Positions 62,076-64,000 of a stretch of 64,000 nt of DNA are shown here, in pieces. Position 1 is the first letter of the stretch, and every line of letters begins with the position of its first letter. The DNA comes from a virus. The translations under genes and the position numbers were made by a program. The notes under the pieces are model-generated. The model had not been told where the DNA came from. It saw nothing but the letters and a program-made list of their open reading frames with translations, and made no database searches. The stretch lies in IMG/VR virus record IMGVR_UViG_3300045988_165705; one strand, given 5' to 3'.

Positions 62076-62378
62076 CATTTGCAATGAATAACATCCCGAA
62101 AGGAATGTGCTTTGCGCCAAAGGCCAAAGTAACAATTTGTTGGGAAAGCAAAGGCCGCCCGCCACGAAGGCGGAACGAAGGTTCAGGACTCATCGCCGAA
62201 GAGATACACCTCGGTAGAAACCGAGCAGCAAAAGCACGAGATATAGCAAGGTCGATAAACCACTGAGCCACAGGCGCTTCCCCACATTACCAAATTCCCG
62301 TGGAAACCACCGACCCGAGCAGCCGGGCCGTCGTCCGGTACCGGTCTCCAGGTACACGCTCCGTGTAGATTGCAAATG
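62076..62378 (+). ncRNA. Retron msr/msd-like ncRNA module 3
   Basis: CATTTGCAAT (62076-62085) / ATTGCAAATG (62369-62378), with G at 62086. Hairpin ACATCC-CGAAA-GGAATGT. Hairpin CTTTG-CGCCAAAGGC-CAAAG (62110-62129), then GTAACAA. TGTAGATT lies before the 3' repeat, which ends 19 nt before the next gene's start codon (RBS GAAAGGAA lies between). Confidence 0.6.
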
Positions 62379-62397
62379 AAGAAAGGAATCAGATTCC

Positions 62398-63099
62398 ATG
62401 ATATATGTAACAGGCGATACTCACGCCAATATCGACATTGAAAAGCTCAATACAACAAAGTTCCCGCAGCAGAAAAACCTGACAAAGGATGACTACCTGA
62501 TAATATGTGGTGACTTTGGATTGTGCTGGGACGGCTCACGCAGAGAAATGTGGTGGCAGGACTGGCTCGCAGCCAAAAATTTCACCACCCTTTGGATTGA
62601 TGGAAACCACGAAAACTTTGATATGCTCTACGAGTTCCCGTTAGAGGATAAGTTCGGTGGCAAAGTCAGGCAAATTGCACCTGACATTTATCATCTGGAT
62701 AGAGGTCAGGTTCTTGCCATCAATGGTAAGAAAATCTTCTGTATGGGCGGCGCCCGCTCGGTGGACAAAGCGTATCGCACGGAGCATATTTCATGGTGGC
62801 AGCAGGAGATGCCGTCAAATGAGGAGATGGAGCGTGCAGTTTGTGCTCTGGAGCAGAACAACTGGACAGTTGATTATGTTGTAACGCACTGCGCTCCCCG
62901 CAGCATCCAGACAATGCTGGCAAGTTGGTATGAAAACGACCCGATGGTCAGTTTTTTGGAACGCATTCGTCAAGACCTTCGTTTCAAGCGGTGGTATTTC
63001 GGCCACTACCATGTGGACAAACAACTCAATGACCAGTTTGTTGCCCTGTACAATCGGGTAATCCCGATTTCAGATATGCAGATGTGGCGGAATAGGTAG
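62398..63099 (+). CDS. Metallophosphoesterase (calcineurin-like phosphatase family)
   Basis: MIYVTGDTHAN, ICGDFG, DGNHENF, GGARS and FGHYH are the ordered MPP metal-ligand motifs. 233 aa. Confidence 0.8.
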   Translation: MIYVTGDTHANIDIEKLNTTKFPQQKNLTKDDYLIICGDFGLCWDGSRREMWWQDWLAAKNFTTLWIDGNHENFDMLYEFPLEDKFGGKVRQIAPDIYHLDRGQVLAINGKKIFCMGGARSVDKAYRTEHISWWQQEMPSNEEMERAVCALEQNNWTVDYVVTHCAPRSIQTMLASWYENDPMVSFLERIRQDLRFKRWYFGHYHVDKQLNDQFVALYNRVIPISDMQMWRNR

Positions 63100-63748
63100 A
63101 CGCTACAAATTACAGACAGGATGCCGACCTCTCAAATGGCGGAGACCGATGCGCTGTAAGGTCATGCGGGGTGCAAATCCCCGCCATCTGCGCTACCGGC
63201 ATGGCATTGCCGTGGGAAGGACATAATGTTTCTCCAGAATTATGCCGGTGTGCCGACACATAGAAAGCGGCTGGGCAATGCGGAGCCTGTAGAGACAAAA
63301 TCCGTAGAATATTGAAGCGGCAGGCGTTCCGTCATGCGTTTACCGTGGAGTTCCAAAGGGTTGTGCGTATTCCTCAAGGCGGATAGGTGAGAGCCAAAAG
63401 AAAACGCACTGCAGATACAGACCTGCGTTACCAAAGGTGTCGCGCTGGCAGACCGCAAGTTCGCAATAGTCTGCCACTTATACGGGCGAATGTTCCAAGG
63501 CTGGCGAGGCGGTCTCCAAAACCGCTTGTGGTGGGTTCGATTCCCAACCGTCCATGCCAGAGGCTGGGTAGCGCCCAGATGATGTGAGAGATTATCGGCT
63601 TACCTCACAGAGAATGACAATGCCCGCTGAAAACTGCGCGAGGAGATGCGTCTCCCTTGTGATTTAGCCCAAGAGTGGCCGGTTGGTATGCTTGCGGGGC
63701 GCCAGCTGCACATGAGCGTGTGACAATCTAAGCGGGAAGCCGACCAAT

Positions 63749-63824
63749 GCTGGAATAGCTCAATTGGTAGAGCAACGCTCTCGTACAGCGTAGGTTCTCG
63801 GTTCGACTCCGAGTTCCAGCTCCA
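63749..63824 (+). tRNA. tRNA-Thr: tRNA-Thr (CGT)
   Basis: Acceptor GCTGGAA/TTCCAGC. Anticodon arm ACGCT-CTCGTAC-AGCGT. T-arm CTCGG-TTCGACT-CCGAG. CCA encoded. Confidence 0.9.
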
Positions 63825-63827
63825 TTT

Positions 63828-63903
63828 GCTGGTGTAGCTCAGTTGGTAGAGCATCGGTTTTGTACTCCGAGGGTCGCGGGTTCGAGCCCTGTCACCAGCT
63901 CCA
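63828..63903 (+). tRNA. tRNA-Thr: tRNA-Thr (TGT)
   Basis: Acceptor GCTGGTG/CACCAGC. Canonical D-arm. Anticodon loop TTTGTAC. T-arm GCGGG-TTCGAGC-CCTGT. CCA encoded. Confidence 0.85.
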
Positions 63904-63926
63904 CAAAACATATGGGAGGATTGGTA

Positions 63927-64000
63927 ATGTATCTGTATCATGGCACCCCAGTTTCATTTACTGCACCGTCCTTATCTTTTTGCAAGCCGTACCGTGATTT
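63927..64000 (+). CDS. Hypothetical protein, N-terminal fragment (possibly DUF3990-like)
   Basis: GGGAGGA RBS 6 nt before the ATG. MYLYHGTPVSFTAPSLSFCKPYRD resembles the M.LYHG...F..P...K...DF start of DUF3990 proteins. Truncated by the window edge. Confidence 0.35.
   Translation, partial: MYLYHGTPVSFTAPSLSFCKPYRD

Noticed and set aside
60262-62397. Group II intron
   Set aside because: There is no GUGYG 5' end, no domain V-like GNRA-capped helix with an AGC triad, and no maturase X or endonuclease extension on the RT (378 aa). The flanking RNAs are three separate units with their own terminal pairings.
63199-63559. tmRNA (ends GGCATGG...CCATGCC, about 360 nt, T-arm near the 3' end)
   Set aside because: The T-arm is separated from the putative acceptor strand by 5 extra nucleotides. 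There is no G3:U70 Ala identity, no CCA, and no recognisable tag reading frame.
63480-63560. Intact tRNA-Trp (CCA)
   Set aside because: The anticodon arm and T-arm are present, but no 7-bp acceptor stem or D-arm can be formed with the flanking sequence. It is reported as a tRNA-like fragment only.
1-64000. Stop-codon recoding / alternative genetic code
   Set aside because: All large structural and enzymatic genes are uninterrupted under the standard bacterial code. No tRNA with a CTA, TCA or TTA anticodon was found. The odd tRNA at 50773 has a GTA core, not a suppressor anticodon.

Overview
This window is part of a large tailed, siphovirus-like phage or prophage. GGAGG-type ribosome-binding sites point to a Gram-positive, Clostridia-like host.

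Layout:
- 1-34.2 kb, minus strand: late/morphogenesis module. It carries small and large terminase, portal, protease/scaffold, major capsid, connector proteins, major tail, chaperones, a 2140-aa tape measure, a 1176-aa tail-tip protein and a run of tail-fibre-like genes.
- 34.2-43.7 kb, minus strand: HU/IHF-like protein, tyrosine integrase, three tRNAs, a small lectin-like gene with a DGR-type variable repeat, a metallophosphoesterase, a YonO/RdRP-like single-subunit RNA polymerase, a P-loop NTPase and a second tyrosine recombinase.
- 44-64 kb, plus strand: accessory arm that diverges from a strong sigma70-type promoter. It is unusually rich in tRNAs (9 here, 12 in the window) and in ORF-free, hairpin-dense RNA-like segments.

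The plus-strand arm holds the most interesting items:
- A retron-type reverse transcriptase flanked by three paralogous msr/msd-like ncRNA modules.
- A ubiquitin-like / JAB / E1(ThiF) operon with a possible E2-like protein.
- Two distant genes sharing a 115-nt 3' segment whose differences look like DGR adenine mutagenesis. No template repeat or DGR-type RT is visible in the window.
- A sigma-like gene followed by 3 x 58-bp hairpin repeats and a roughly 0.8-kb ORF-free structured region.
- A radical-SAM gene.
- A tRNA-Tyr paralogue with an aberrant anticodon loop.

Not seen: CRISPR array, IS/transposase, lysis cassette or DNA polymerase.

Limits: all functional calls rest on motif recognition and gene order by eye. 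No database search or RNA folding was run.
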